From the NCBI GenBank assembly GCA_903879715.1, contig CAIRMR010000016.1, positions 3,115 to 67,114 on the forward strand: a DNA stretch of 64,000 bases, in the 5' to 3' direction. Source of the DNA: an uncultured Bacteroidales bacterium (GTDB lineage Bacteria; Bacteroidota; Bacteroidia; Bacteroidales; UBA4417). Made by a program: the position numbers and the translations under genes. Positions 1-9,854 of the stretch are shown here, in pieces. Position 1 is the first letter of the stretch; each line of letters starts with the position of its first letter. Below the pieces are notes generated by a model. The model worked only from the letters and a program-made list of their open reading frames with translations. It was not told the origin of the DNA and did not search any database.

Positions 1-1
1 C

Positions 2-38
2 TTTTAGTTGTATAACTATGTTTTTAGTTGTATATTTG
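2..38 (+). promoter_or_regulatory. Putative BlaI-family operator overlapping the promoter
   Basis: Direct repeat ttttagttgtata at 2-14 and 22-34; inverted AACTA-N6-TAGTT at 14-29; Bacteroidota -7 element TAnnTTTG (TATATTTG) at 31-38 just upstream of the regulator. Confidence 0.6.
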
Positions 39-56
39 TACTGTAATTTGAAAACC

Positions 57-440
57 ATGAAAAAACTAACCAAAGCCGAGGAACAGATCATGCAGGTGCT
101 GTGGGAACTGGAGAAAGGATTTGTAAACGATATTGTAAGTCAGTTACCCGAACCAAAACCTGCTTACAATACCGTTTCGACGATTGTACGTATCCTGGAA
201 CAGAAAGGATTTATAGCCCACAAAGCGTATGGTCGTACCCATGAGTATTATCCGCTTGTTCAGAAAGAGGATTACTCACGCGAATACCTGAACAATTTCA
301 CTCAGAATTATTTCAGTAATTCCTACAAAGCGCTGGCTTCATTTTTTGCGCAAAGCGAAACCCTGAGCATTAAGGAACTGGAAGAAATAAAGTTGTTGGT
401 TGAAAAACAAATCAGTAACCATCAGGAGGCAAAACAATGA
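57..440 (+). CDS. BlaI/MecI/CopY family transcriptional repressor
   Basis: LTKAEEQIMQVLW...AYNTVSTIVRILEQKGF...YYPLV winged-helix signature; ATG at 57 preferred to 18 because the promoter lies between them. Confidence 0.93.
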   Translation: MKKLTKAEEQIMQVLWELEKGFVNDIVSQLPEPKPAYNTVSTIVRILEQKGFIAHKAYGRTHEYYPLVQKEDYSREYLNNFTQNYFSNSYKALASFFAQSETLSIKELEEIKLLVEKQISNHQEAKQ

Positions 441-1855
441 ATACTTTAATTATTTATATAGTAGCTTCAATTATTTCGCTGGGATTTTTTTACACCGCGT
501 TTATAGTTTTCCTCCGTGGGGAACCATTGTTCCGGTTTAACAGGATATATCTTCTTTCAGCCTTGCTACTCTCCTACCTTATTCCTCTTATCACATTGTT
601 ACCTGATTCCTTTTCAATTCTCAACGAGTATGCTCCCGGAACCGGTTTTATAAATGCCATCACACTTTCACCTGTGGTAATCAGCGCAACTGCAAATAAA
701 CTACCATCTTTTACAGGCTTCCTTGGATATATCTATCTTTTAGGAATGATCTATTTTGCTTTCAGGTTGATTATCCGGCTTTTAAACATTTACAAACTCC
801 GAAGAAACGGAAAAATTTCAGACGAAAGCTCCATTCTTTGGAGTCAAGCGAATATTCCTCCGTTTTCATTCTTCCGTACCATGTATCTACCTGCCAGCCT
901 TAAAGATACTGTTCATTTAAACGAAGTGATCAGGCACGAACAGATCCATATCAATTCATTTCATAGTTTCGATATTGTATTCACACAGGTTATGCAGATC
1001 GTATGCTGGGTGAATCCGTTTATTCCGTTAATAGAAAAATCCTTGCGTGAAATCCATGAATTTGAGGCAGATAAAGCCGTAATTCATGCCGGCACTGATC
1101 CGGTAACCTATACCAAAATTTTATTTGCACAGGATAAAACAGCCCTGGCAGTAGTGCTGGGAAATAATTTCAATTACTCACTTGTAAAAAGGAGGTTAAC
1201 CATGTTTTACAAAAAAAATACACGATTTGCCCGGCTGAAAGCTATCGTTGTATTGCCATTAGCTATTTGCATAGTTATGATTTATGCAATAGGCTGTAAA
1301 CAATCAGCAAATAAATCTTCCGAGACAACAGTTGCCTCCGAGGCTCCGGCCCAGACTGCTACTGCTGTTCAACCGGATGGCTCAGTGCCACCACCGCCTC
1401 CGCCGCCTCCGCCAACAACCAAAGCTTCGGGTGAAATAGCACCTCCTCCGCCGCCGCCACCTCCTCCTCCGCCACCACCATCAAAATCAAACTCTAAATC
1501 AACCAAAGAAGAAGCAGTTTACACTACTGTAGAAAATTTTCCTCAGTTTCCTGGCGGTGATGAAGCCCGCGTTAAGTATTTGGTTGAGAATGTCAAGTAT
1601 CCTGAAATAGCAATGAAACAAGAGATGCAAGGGACAGTATATGTATCGTTTGTTGTTGAAAAAGATGGAAGTATCACTAATACAAAAGTTGTAAAACGTA
1701 TTACTAATACAAAAGAAATAGGAGCAGCTGCAAACTCGTTAGACGCAGAAGCATTCCGGGTAGTGAGTTCAATGCCTAAATGGAAACCCGGCACTGATAA
1801 AGGAAAACCTGTCAGAGTTCAGTTTAATATGCCAATACAGTTTAAACTAAAATAA
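437..1855 (+). CDS. BlaR1-like M56 metallopeptidase fused to Pro-rich linker and TonB C-terminal domain
   Basis: N-terminal TM helices, PFSFF, HEQIH zinc motif, HEFEAD, KRRL; poly-Pro; C-terminal FPGG...YPEIA...GTVYVSFVVEKDGSI...WKPG...VRVQFNMPIQF; overlaps the repressor stop. Confidence 0.9.
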   Translation: MNTLIIYIVASIISLGFFYTAFIVFLRGEPLFRFNRIYLLSALLLSYLIPLITLLPDSFSILNEYAPGTGFINAITLSPVVISATANKLPSFTGFLGYIYLLGMIYFAFRLIIRLLNIYKLRRNGKISDESSILWSQANIPPFSFFRTMYLPASLKDTVHLNEVIRHEQIHINSFHSFDIVFTQVMQIVCWVNPFIPLIEKSLREIHEFEADKAVIHAGTDPVTYTKILFAQDKTALAVVLGNNFNYSLVKRRLTMFYKKNTRFARLKAIVVLPLAICIVMIYAIGCKQSANKSSETTVASEAPAQTATAVQPDGSVPPPPPPPPPTTKASGEIAPPPPPPPPPPPPPSKSNSKSTKEEAVYTTVENFPQFPGGDEARVKYLVENVKYPEIAMKQEMQGTVYVSFVVEKDGSITNTKVVKRITNTKEIGAAANSLDAEAFRVVSSMPKWKPGTDKGKPVRVQFNMPIQFKLK

Positions 1856-1856
1856 A

Positions 1857-2297
1857 ATGCCAGCAATAATTCGGACTTCCTTACTTGTATTGCTTATGAC
1901 TGTTTCTGTGGATATTTATCCACAATTCAGCCTGCACAAAAAGAACCAGTTTGACTCTGACAGAAAAAAACACGGCTATTGGGTAGAAACATCAAAATTA
2001 AATCCTGAGAAACGGACATTTAAAGGCTGGTACGATCACGGGAAGGAAACTAAAAAGTGCGTATATTACAATGATGGAGTCAAGTGCTCAAAGTTCCGGT
2101 ATATAAACGATAGCGTGATGCGCATCCGACGTTACGATTCGATAGGAAATCTTGAGTATAAAGGATCTGCCCTATTGCTAAAGAAAAAGGATGAATTGCG
2201 TTTCTGCTGGGATGGAGAGTTTGTATTTTATGATTCCCATCGGCATATCACCAGGAAAGTGGAATATATACGTGGTGAGGAACAGGATCTTGAATAA
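1857..2297 (+). CDS. Hypothetical exported protein with MORN-variant-like repeats
   Basis: Signal-like N-terminus; KKHGYW, KGWY, WDGEFVFYD, VEYIRG motifs; starts 1 nt after the upstream stop. Confidence 0.6.
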   Translation: MPAIIRTSLLVLLMTVSVDIYPQFSLHKKNQFDSDRKKHGYWVETSKLNPEKRTFKGWYDHGKETKKCVYYNDGVKCSKFRYINDSVMRIRRYDSIGNLEYKGSALLLKKKDELRFCWDGEFVFYDSHRHITRKVEYIRGEEQDLE

Positions 2298-2520
2298 ACT
2301 CAAAATCGCATTCAGTAAATATAAGCTGGATAAGTCATTTCATGGAAGGAATGAAAAACATATAACAAAAAACACTAAATTAAAAAGTAGCTAAAAAGAG
2401 ATATTCAACCAGCTAACCAACCTGGAGAAAAGAACTTAATCATTTTTTATTACATGTTTAGTGTTAAACATTAAGTCATTTCCCGGATCAATTCCGAAAT
2501 ATGCTATATTCGATTATATG

Positions 2521-2561
2521 TATAATTCAAAAGGCAGCCAATGGCTGCCTTTTGAATTATA
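2521..2561. terminator. Bidirectional intrinsic terminator
   Basis: Perfect 20-1-20 inverted repeat tataattcaaaaggcagcca-a-tggctgccttttgaattata between convergent genes. Confidence 0.85.
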
Positions 2562-2575
2562 CAATACGAAAAATA

Positions 2576-3775
2576 TTAAGCTGTTACAATTTCAAATGTA
2601 TCCTGAGCAATAACAAGTTCCTCGTTGGTTGGAACCACCATTACGGTAACTTTTGAATTTGGTTTGCTTATGATCGCTTCTTTCCCACGGAGTTTGGTGT
2701 TTTTCTCCACATCAAATTCAATACCCATAAATTCGAGGCCACCGGCAACTTCCTGGCGGGTTTCCCAGCCATTTTCGCCAACGCCACCGGTAAATATCAC
2801 TACATCAACGCCACCCATTGCGGCGGCATACGATCCAAGGTATTTTTTAATCCTGTAGTGATAGATATCCAGCGAAACCTGAGCCCTGTGATTGCCTTCT
2901 CCGGCAGCGGTTTCTATATCGCGCATATCGCTCGAAACACCTGATAACCCAAGCATCCCGCTATGTTTGTTGATTAAAGTGCTGGTGTATGGAATGCTGA
3001 TTTCTTCCTTATCAGCAATGTACAATAATGCGCCTGCATCGATATCCCCGCTGCGGGTTCCCATAACAAGTCCTTCAACCGGTGTCATTCCCATCGAAGT
3101 ATCGAATGATTTACCGTTTTGTATGGCACACATCGAAGCGCCGTTTCCAAGATGGCAGCTGATAATTTTAATATCCTCAAGTTTTTTACCGAGGATTTCG
3201 GCGGCACGTTGGGCAACAAACCGATGGCTCGATCCATGAAAACCATAGCGACGGACTTTATACTTTTCGTACAACGAATAAGGAATGCCGTAAAGGTATG
3301 CCTGCTCGGACATGGTTTGATGGTAGGCTGTATCAAAAACGGCTACCTGCGGAACTTCAGGCAATAATTTGTTGATAGCATAAATGCCTTCGAGGTTTGG
3401 CGGATTGTGCAAGGGAGCCAGGTCGATACATTCAACAAGTGCCGCAATAACTTCTTTAGTAATTGCTACACTGCTGTTATACATTTCACCGGCATGAACT
3501 ACACGATGCCCTACAGCACTGATTTCGTTCAGGTTTTTAACACAGCCGTACTCTTTATGTGTCAGGATTCCCAGAACAAACTCTATACCAGCCTGGTGAT
3601 CAAGTATTTCGCCTTCAAGTTTAAGCACATCTCCATTAGCCATATTATGCTTAATGGATGCGCCTTTCAGCCCGATTTTATCAACCAGGCCCTTTGCAAC
3701 TACTTCTGCTGAAGGCATTTCGAAGAGTTGATATTTAATGGATGAACTTCCGCAGTTCAGAACTATAATCTTCAT
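2576..3775 (-). CDS. ackA: Acetate kinase
   Basis: VLNCGSSSIKYQL, GHRVVH, APLHNP, VFDTAYH, RRYGFHG, HLGNGAS, FTGGVGEN, PTNEEL. Confidence 0.97.
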   Translation of the reverse strand: MKIIVLNCGSSSIKYQLFEMPSAEVVAKGLVDKIGLKGASIKHNMANGDVLKLEGEILDHQAGIEFVLGILTHKEYGCVKNLNEISAVGHRVVHAGEMYNSSVAITKEVIAALVECIDLAPLHNPPNLEGIYAINKLLPEVPQVAVFDTAYHQTMSEQAYLYGIPYSLYEKYKVRRYGFHGSSHRFVAQRAAEILGKKLEDIKIISCHLGNGASMCAIQNGKSFDTSMGMTPVEGLVMGTRSGDIDAGALLYIADKEEISIPYTSTLINKHSGMLGLSGVSSDMRDIETAAGEGNHRAQVSLDIYHYRIKKYLGSYAAAMGGVDVVIFTGGVGENGWETRQEVAGGLEFMGIEFDVEKNTKLRGKEAIISKPNSKVTVMVVPTNEELVIAQDTFEIVTA

Positions 3776-3805
3776 TGGATAATCTTTTTTAACAGAATTG
3801 AATTA

Positions 3806-4780
3806 TTACCGATATTCAGGACATGTGATCGTACTTTCGACGATTTTACCATGTGAATCATATTTATAGAAACCTTGTCCGGAAGCTTTTCCCAGATAAT
3901 TAGCACGAACGAGACGCTTTAAGACAGGTGAAGTTTTATAGCCATGTTCTCCGAATTCGTTATAAAGGTTATCCATCCATTTCTGTAATTTATCCAATCC
4001 GACTTTGTCGGCACGTTCAAAAGGACCAAACTGATGGCCAAGGCTGGTTCGCATTATTTCGTCGATATCCTGGGCCGAAGCAATTCCTTCCATCAGCATT
4101 TCACATGCCTGGTTGATAATAACACATAACATGCGGGTTGTAATGTTGCCGGGAGATTCCATTAGGGTAATCGGCTTCTTTTCGAGCATACGAACAAATC
4201 GAGTGACAATTTCGAAAGCTTCATCCGATGTACGGGAACTCCTTACTACCTCAAGCACTTTTACATCATCCGTTGGTGACATAAAATGAAGTCCTACCGC
4301 GCGATCAGGATATTCGAGCCCGGAGGCAAGGTCGGAAACCATTAGAGTGGCCGTATTCGATGCCAGGATTGCATTGCGGCGCACAAATTTTTCAGCCTTC
4401 TGAAGTATTTCTTTCCTTATTTCAAGACTTGTGCCTGGTTTGCGTGAATTAATGACTTCGAAAACGATATCACAGTCAGCCAGATCGTTGTATTCAATAG
4501 TCCCTTTTATGCGCGACATAATAAGACGTTTCTCACTGTTGGTCATTCCCCAGCGAAGAATTTCTTTATCAATCATGCGTGTAATCCCTTCGAGGCCAGC
4601 CGAAACACGCTTTTCATCCAGATCAAGACATACCACATCAAAGCCATGCTGACTGATCGTTTTTGCAATTTCCTGGCCCATGGATCCACAGCCGATAATT
4701 CCTATCTTGTGAATAGAGCCATGTTGTTTTGGACTTTTGGTTAGACTGAAATCTTCCAGTTTTCCGATAATTTCTGACAT
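3806..4780 (-). CDS. 3-hydroxyacyl-CoA dehydrogenase family protein (divergent active site)
   Basis: GCGSMG Rossmann motif, ASNT, GLHF, GPFERADKVGLD, LGKASGQGFYKY. Confidence 0.85.
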   Translation of the reverse strand: MSEIIGKLEDFSLTKSPKQHGSIHKIGIIGCGSMGQEIAKTISQHGFDVVCLDLDEKRVSAGLEGITRMIDKEILRWGMTNSEKRLIMSRIKGTIEYNDLADCDIVFEVINSRKPGTSLEIRKEILQKAEKFVRRNAILASNTATLMVSDLASGLEYPDRAVGLHFMSPTDDVKVLEVVRSSRTSDEAFEIVTRFVRMLEKKPITLMESPGNITTRMLCVIINQACEMLMEGIASAQDIDEIMRTSLGHQFGPFERADKVGLDKLQKWMDNLYNEFGEHGYKTSPVLKRLVRANYLGKASGQGFYKYDSHGKIVESTITCPEYR

Positions 4781-4874
4781 CTTTTTATGAAATATTTATT
4801 AGTTAATTTCAATCAAATAAGGCGCATTAATCAATAAATCAATATTTTACAAATAATGATCCCTAATTCCGGTG

Positions 4875-4882
4875 CAAAGGTA
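4875..4882 (-). promoter_or_regulatory. -7 promoter element for the dehydrogenase-ackA operon
   Basis: TACCTTTG on the minus strand about 95 nt upstream of the start. Confidence 0.6.
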
Positions 4883-4972
4883 AAATTTATTTGACGGTTA
4901 TGGAATGGAAACTGTTAATATTTTCACAGAAGATCTTGAAATTGTTGGTTACGGGATTTAAGGGTTCATAGA

Positions 4973-5278
4973 TTCAAGGTTCAAGGGTTCCTGCTTCGTT
5001 CCTCGCAGTGACAGGTTCAAGGGTTTCAGCGGGACCATTTTCTATTTTCCATTTTCTATTCACTTCTTTTCAAGGTTCAAGGGTTTCAGCTTCGTTCTTC
5101 GCAGTGACAGGCTCAAGGGTTTCAGCGGGACCATTTTCTATTTTCCATTTTCTATTTACTTCTTTTCAAGGTTCAAGGGTTCCTGCTTCGTTCCTCGCAG
5201 TGACAAGTTCAAGGGTTTCAGCGGGACCATTTTCTATTTTCCATTTTCTATTCACATCTTTTCAAGGTTCAAGGGTTC
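4973..5278. repeat. Tandem repeat, 96-bp unit x3 plus a partial unit
   Basis: ttcaaggttcaaggg starts at 4973, 5069, 5165 and 5261; units near-identical. Confidence 0.95.
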
Positions 5279-5516
5279 AAATACCTAAACCCTTGTTGTA
5301 GGCTCCGGCTCAAAAATCACAAAGTTTAATTCACAAATCACGATTCACAAATCACAAATTTATCCTGAGCAAAGTCAAAGCGCACAAATCCATTCCCTAA
5401 CCCCCAACACCCAAATCTTAAACCCTAAACCCTTAATTGTTAATAATTTTAAATTCAAGCCTCAAAAAAATGAATCATCAGCCCATTCTATTTATGTAAT
5501 TTTGCATTTCCTTACT

Positions 5517-6404
5517 ATGAACGACTCTATCATTCGATATCAGTATAATCCGATGCTTACCGATACGGTAGGATTTTTTGATTATTGCATTCCCCTGACG
5601 AATGAAAACTTTTTTACGAAAGCTGATTCGCTGCAGAAATATTACGATTTCAGCATTTACAATTTTATTACCCCACTTCCGCCTCAGAAGCAATTTCTCC
5701 CTACGACTTCAGTTTTCAAGCCGCATAACCTGGAGCCAAAGCACTCAGGACCAATGGCCATTGACCAACAGGCGACCAACTGGATCACCATTGTATTCCT
5801 TGCCTGCCTATTTATCTTCGCATGGATTCAAGCTACTTATTCGAAACGGCTTAGCCAGATTTTTCGTGCTGTTGCTCAGCCTCATCATGTAAATCAACTG
5901 GAGCGTGAAGGCAATATATTTAAGGAACGAATTGCGCTGGGTCTGGGATTGAATTATTACCTGATAATGTCAATTTTCATTTTTCAGATTATCAGTGCTT
6001 TTGGAGGCCTTCCGACTGATCTAAATAATCTGACCCTCACCGGAATTATTTTCACAGGTCTATTTGCTTATCAGTTACTAAAATCACTGGTAATTCATGG
6101 CACCGGGATTATATTCAACACCAGCGAATACGCCAGGCAATATCAACTTATCTTACTGATTTTCAATTATATGATCGGAATAGTTTTGTTTCCGGTTGTA
6201 GTAATAGCATTTTATTGGAACAATTCGGCTTTCTTAATTGCTGGCATTATAATAATCTCATTATTAATTCTTTATCGGATAATTAGAAGTTTTTTAACTG
6301 GTCAGGACAATAAGAGCTACAATTTGTTTTATTTATTTTTATACCTTTGCACCCTCGAAATTTTACCCTTGTTGCTCATTTATAAAGCCATAAGCAAAAT
6401 GTAG
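5517..6404 (+). CDS. DUF4271 family membrane protein
   Basis: Multiple TM helices, C-terminal FYLFLYLCTLEILP, position upstream of hemD; ATG 5517 follows TAATTTTG at 5497-5504. Confidence 0.85.
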   Translation: MNDSIIRYQYNPMLTDTVGFFDYCIPLTNENFFTKADSLQKYYDFSIYNFITPLPPQKQFLPTTSVFKPHNLEPKHSGPMAIDQQATNWITIVFLACLFIFAWIQATYSKRLSQIFRAVAQPHHVNQLEREGNIFKERIALGLGLNYYLIMSIFIFQIISAFGGLPTDLNNLTLTGIIFTGLFAYQLLKSLVIHGTGIIFNTSEYARQYQLILLIFNYMIGIVLFPVVVIAFYWNNSAFLIAGIIIISLLILYRIIRSFLTGQDNKSYNLFYLFLYLCTLEILPLLLIYKAISKM

Positions 6405-6450
6405 AGTTAGATCTTTTTTCTCTAAATTGTAATACATAAATATCGTTAAC

Positions 6451-7209
6451 GTGTCGAAAATCAAGAGCATACTGGTGTCCCAACCTGTTCCGGCAGATTT
6501 GGAAAAATCTCCTTATGGTGAGATTATTAGGAAACACGGAGTGAACATTGAGTTTATTAAATTCTTTAAGATCGAAGGCGTTTCTGTGCGTGAGTTTCGT
6601 GATGAGAAAGTTTATATAAACGAACACACTGCTATCATTTTCAACAGCAAACATGCTGTGGATCATTTTTTCAGTATCGCCAAAGATGTTAGGGTTGAGA
6701 TTCCTGAAACAATGAAATACTTCTGTATGTCAGAATCAGTGGCTTTTTACCTGCAGAAATATGTTCAGTTCCGCAAACGTAAAATCTTCTTTTCCGAGAA
6801 TGATGTTTCGCAATTAATGGACTTAATCAGGAAGCACAAAACCGAACGTTTTTTACTTCCCTGTTCCGACAACCACAGCAAAGAATTACCTGATTTGCTG
6901 GAAGCCGCTAAAATTAATTTCAGCGAAGCAATTCTGTACCGCACTGTTCCCAACGAAATGAAAGAGTTGATCGATATTTCCAAATTCGATATGCTTGTTT
7001 TTTTCAGTCCGCAAGGTATACGGTCACTTTTTCACAACTGGCCTGATTTTATCCAAGGCGAAACAGCCATTGGTACATTCGGGACTACAACCAACCTAGC
7101 GGCTAACGAAGCCGGACTTACAGTAAATATATCAGCTCCCAGCCCGGCTACACCTTCAATGACAATGGCCATTGACGCTTACCTTTCAAAGTACCAGAAA
7201 AAGTCGTAA
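6451..7209 (+). CDS. hemD: Uroporphyrinogen-III synthase (HemD-like)
   Basis: KIKSILVSQP, AVDHFF, MKYFC...A.YLQKY..RKRKIFF, FFSPQGI, PSMTMA typical of the Bacteroidota HemD family; GTG start. Confidence 0.88.
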   Translation: MSKIKSILVSQPVPADLEKSPYGEIIRKHGVNIEFIKFFKIEGVSVREFRDEKVYINEHTAIIFNSKHAVDHFFSIAKDVRVEIPETMKYFCMSESVAFYLQKYVQFRKRKIFFSENDVSQLMDLIRKHKTERFLLPCSDNHSKELPDLLEAAKINFSEAILYRTVPNEMKELIDISKFDMLVFFSPQGIRSLFHNWPDFIQGETAIGTFGTTTNLAANEAGLTVNISAPSPATPSMTMAIDAYLSKYQKKS

Positions 7210-7230
7210 AGATTTCATCAAAATATTTTA

Positions 7231-7264
7231 AAGACCCCGTTTATACAAATAGACGGGGTTTTTT
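7231..7264 (+). terminator. Intrinsic terminator after hemD
   Basis: accccgttt...agacggggt stem followed by a T tract. Confidence 0.8.
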
Positions 7265-7344
7265 AATGATATTTAACTATTATGAACCTTGAGTTCTAAC
7301 AGCTACCACCGGAAATCATTAATTTTGTAGTGTTAAAACATCCG

Positions 7345-7752
7345 ATGCTTAGTTCAGCTAAAAGTAACACCTTCCGCAAACCTGAAAAAATCTGTAATCA
7401 AAACCAGATAGATAGTCTGTTCAAAGATGGCAAATCAATTAAATCAGGACTATTCCGGTTGCTTTTTGTGAAAACTGAAACACCTGGAAAATCACCGGTG
7501 CAGGTGCTGATCGCTGTTCCAAAAAAAAACCTGCGACACGCGGTAGACCGTAACCGGATGAAACGCCTGATTCGTGAAGCGTACAGATTGAGTAAACATA
7601 AACTTCTGGATGAATACTCAGTTGCCGGAAAACATCTTGATATTGCCATCATTTTTATGGGCAAACAATGTGTTTCCCAATCAGATACACTAACCGCAAT
7701 AAATATATTACTGGATCGTTTAATACAGGTACATGAAAAAAATCCTGAGTAA
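7345..7752 (+). CDS. rnpA: Ribonuclease P protein component
   Basis: [25 protein letters not shown] (RNR motif). Confidence 0.95.
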   Translation: MLSSAKSNTFRKPEKICNQNQIDSLFKDGKSIKSGLFRLLFVKTETPGKSPVQVLIAVPKKNLRHAVDRNRMKRLIREAYRLSKHKLLDEYSVAGKHLDIAIIFMGKQCVSQSDTLTAINILLDRLIQVHEKNPE

Positions 7753-7954
7753 AATAATGATTGGTGGCATACGGTTTTACCAGTATACCATTTCTCCGTA
7801 TTTGCCTCCTTCGTGTCGCTATACACCTTCCTGCTCAGCATATGGAATTGAGGCGCTCAGGAAACATGGCCCGTTTAAAGGCGGATGGCTGACGATTAAA
7901 AGAATCGCTTCCTGCAATCCATGGGGAGGTAGCGGATATGATCCGGTGCCGTGA
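7733..7954 (+). CDS. yidD: Membrane protein insertion efficiency factor
   Basis: YQYTISP...[19 protein letters not shown]...[13 protein letters not shown]. Confidence 0.96.
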   Translation: MKKILSKIMIGGIRFYQYTISPYLPPSCRYTPSCSAYGIEALRKHGPFKGGWLTIKRIASCNPWGGSGYDPVP

Positions 7955-8126
7955 GTGAGTGAAAAATTAATAGAAATAAGTTAACAGAAAATAGTTCTTT
8001 CAAATACACTCAGTGTAAAAAGGGTTAATGATTGCGGAAACAAACGTGCTTGATTGTTTGTTTTATACTTTACCTTAAACCCTGAGAGTAAAAAAGGTCT
8101 AATCACAACAATAAAAATCACAATCA

Positions 8127-9842
8127 ATGAAACATAGAATCATCCTCACCCTGAATGCAATAGTTTTAATGTCGGTTTTCCTGGTGTTTGCGCCAACTTC
8201 ATCACTTAAAGCGCAAACTTCACCCGATTTTGAGATTTCGAAAAATATGGAAATCCTGTCGTCACTTTATAAAGAATTGAATACCAATTATGTAGATGGC
8301 GTAAACCCTTCGGATCTGATGAAAACCGGAATTGATGCTATGCTTGATAAACTCGATCCTTACACCGTATTTATACCGGAATCAGAAATTGAAGATTTCC
8401 GGTTTATGACTACCGGCGAGTATGGAGGAATTGGTTCACTGATTCACAAACAGGGCGATTATGTAATTATTTCGGAACCTTACGAAAATTCCCCTGCTCA
8501 AAAAGCAGGATTAAAAGCCGGGGATAAAATACTGAAAATCAATGACAAAAATGCTTCAGGCAAATCTGTTGAAGATGTAAGCGCAGTACTTAAAGGCCAA
8601 CCCGGAACCAGCTTTAAGCTTTTGATTGAGCGTGCCAGCGAATCTGAACCCATAACCATCGAGGTTGTACGCGAAAAAATTACTATTGACCCGGTGCCTT
8701 ATTATGGCATGCTTGAAGGCGGGATTGGATACATTAAACTGAACAGTTTCACACAAACTGCTTCGGCAGAAGTAAAAAAGGCTTTGCTTGATCTGAAAGC
8801 TAAAAATGCTTTAGACGGACTTGTGCTTGACCTGCGTGATAATGGCGGAGGATTGCTGAATGAGGCTGTAAATATTGTTAACCTTTTTGTAAAGAAAAAT
8901 GAACAGGTAGTTTCGACTAAGGGAAAACAAAGAGATAAAAACCGCAGTTATCAAACCAGCAATGAGCCTGTTGATGTGAACCTGCCTTTAATTGTGCTTG
9001 TTAATGGCAATAGTGCGTCTGCTTCTGAAATTGTTGCAGGGGCACTTCAGGATCTCGATCGTGCTGTGATTGTTGGCAGCCGGACTTATGGAAAAGGATT
9101 AGTTCAGAATGTGTTCCCGTTAAGCTATAATACCCAGGTAAAAATAACCGTTGCCAAGTATTATATTCCCAGCGGCCGTTGTATCCAGGAAATTGATTAC
9201 GCGCATAAAAATTCTGCAGGCAGTAATGATAATATCCCCGACTCTCTGATAACTGCTTACAAAACCATGCATGGACGTACCGTTTTTGACGGCAAGGGAA
9301 TAACGCCTGATGTTGCGACAGATTCTTCAAGACTTAGTACCATTTCATACAACTTGTTGACCAAATATATTCTGTTTGATTATGCCACTCAATACGCAGC
9401 CACACACGCGGCTATAGAACCTGCAAGCAAATTCAAACTGAGTGATTCGGATTACAACGATTTTGTTGCCTTCACCGAAAAAAAGGGGTTTGAATTTAAA
9501 ACTGTGGCCGAAAAAGAACTGGAAACGGTCAAGAAAGCCGCAATCTACGAGAAATCATGGGATGATGTGAAATCGCTATATGACACTATGCTGCAAGCCA
9601 TTGAACTGCACAAGAAAAAAGATCTTATTGAGAACAAACCGGAAATATCGGTGATTTTACAGGAGGAAATCGTTAGCAGGTATTATTATCAGAAAGGAAG
9701 GATTGAATCAACATTGAGTGACGATACAGGGCTGAAAACTGCCCTTAACGTATTGAATGATGCTACCAGGTATGTTTCAATCCTGGAAGGAACTATCACA
9801 AAAGCTGACAAACAATCCAAACCAGCCAAGTCGCAGAATTAA
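8127..9842 (+). CDS. S41 family C-terminal processing protease (PDZ)
   Basis: LDPYT, GEYGGIG, DLRDNGGGLL, SASASEIVAGALQD, GKGLVQ. Confidence 0.95.
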   Translation: MKHRIILTLNAIVLMSVFLVFAPTSSLKAQTSPDFEISKNMEILSSLYKELNTNYVDGVNPSDLMKTGIDAMLDKLDPYTVFIPESEIEDFRFMTTGEYGGIGSLIHKQGDYVIISEPYENSPAQKAGLKAGDKILKINDKNASGKSVEDVSAVLKGQPGTSFKLLIERASESEPITIEVVREKITIDPVPYYGMLEGGIGYIKLNSFTQTASAEVKKALLDLKAKNALDGLVLDLRDNGGGLLNEAVNIVNLFVKKNEQVVSTKGKQRDKNRSYQTSNEPVDVNLPLIVLVNGNSASASEIVAGALQDLDRAVIVGSRTYGKGLVQNVFPLSYNTQVKITVAKYYIPSGRCIQEIDYAHKNSAGSNDNIPDSLITAYKTMHGRTVFDGKGITPDVATDSSRLSTISYNLLTKYILFDYATQYAATHAAIEPASKFKLSDSDYNDFVAFTEKKGFEFKTVAEKELETVKKAAIYEKSWDDVKSLYDTMLQAIELHKKKDLIENKPEISVILQEEIVSRYYYQKGRIESTLSDDTGLKTALNVLNDATRYVSILEGTITKADKQSKPAKSQN

Positions 9843-9854
9843 CCCCATCCTAAA

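Noticed and set aside
4973-5278. CRISPR array, or the 97-aa ORF 5008-5301
   Set aside because: Units are near-identical along their whole length with no unique spacers and no cas genes; the ORF is a by-product of the 96-bp period
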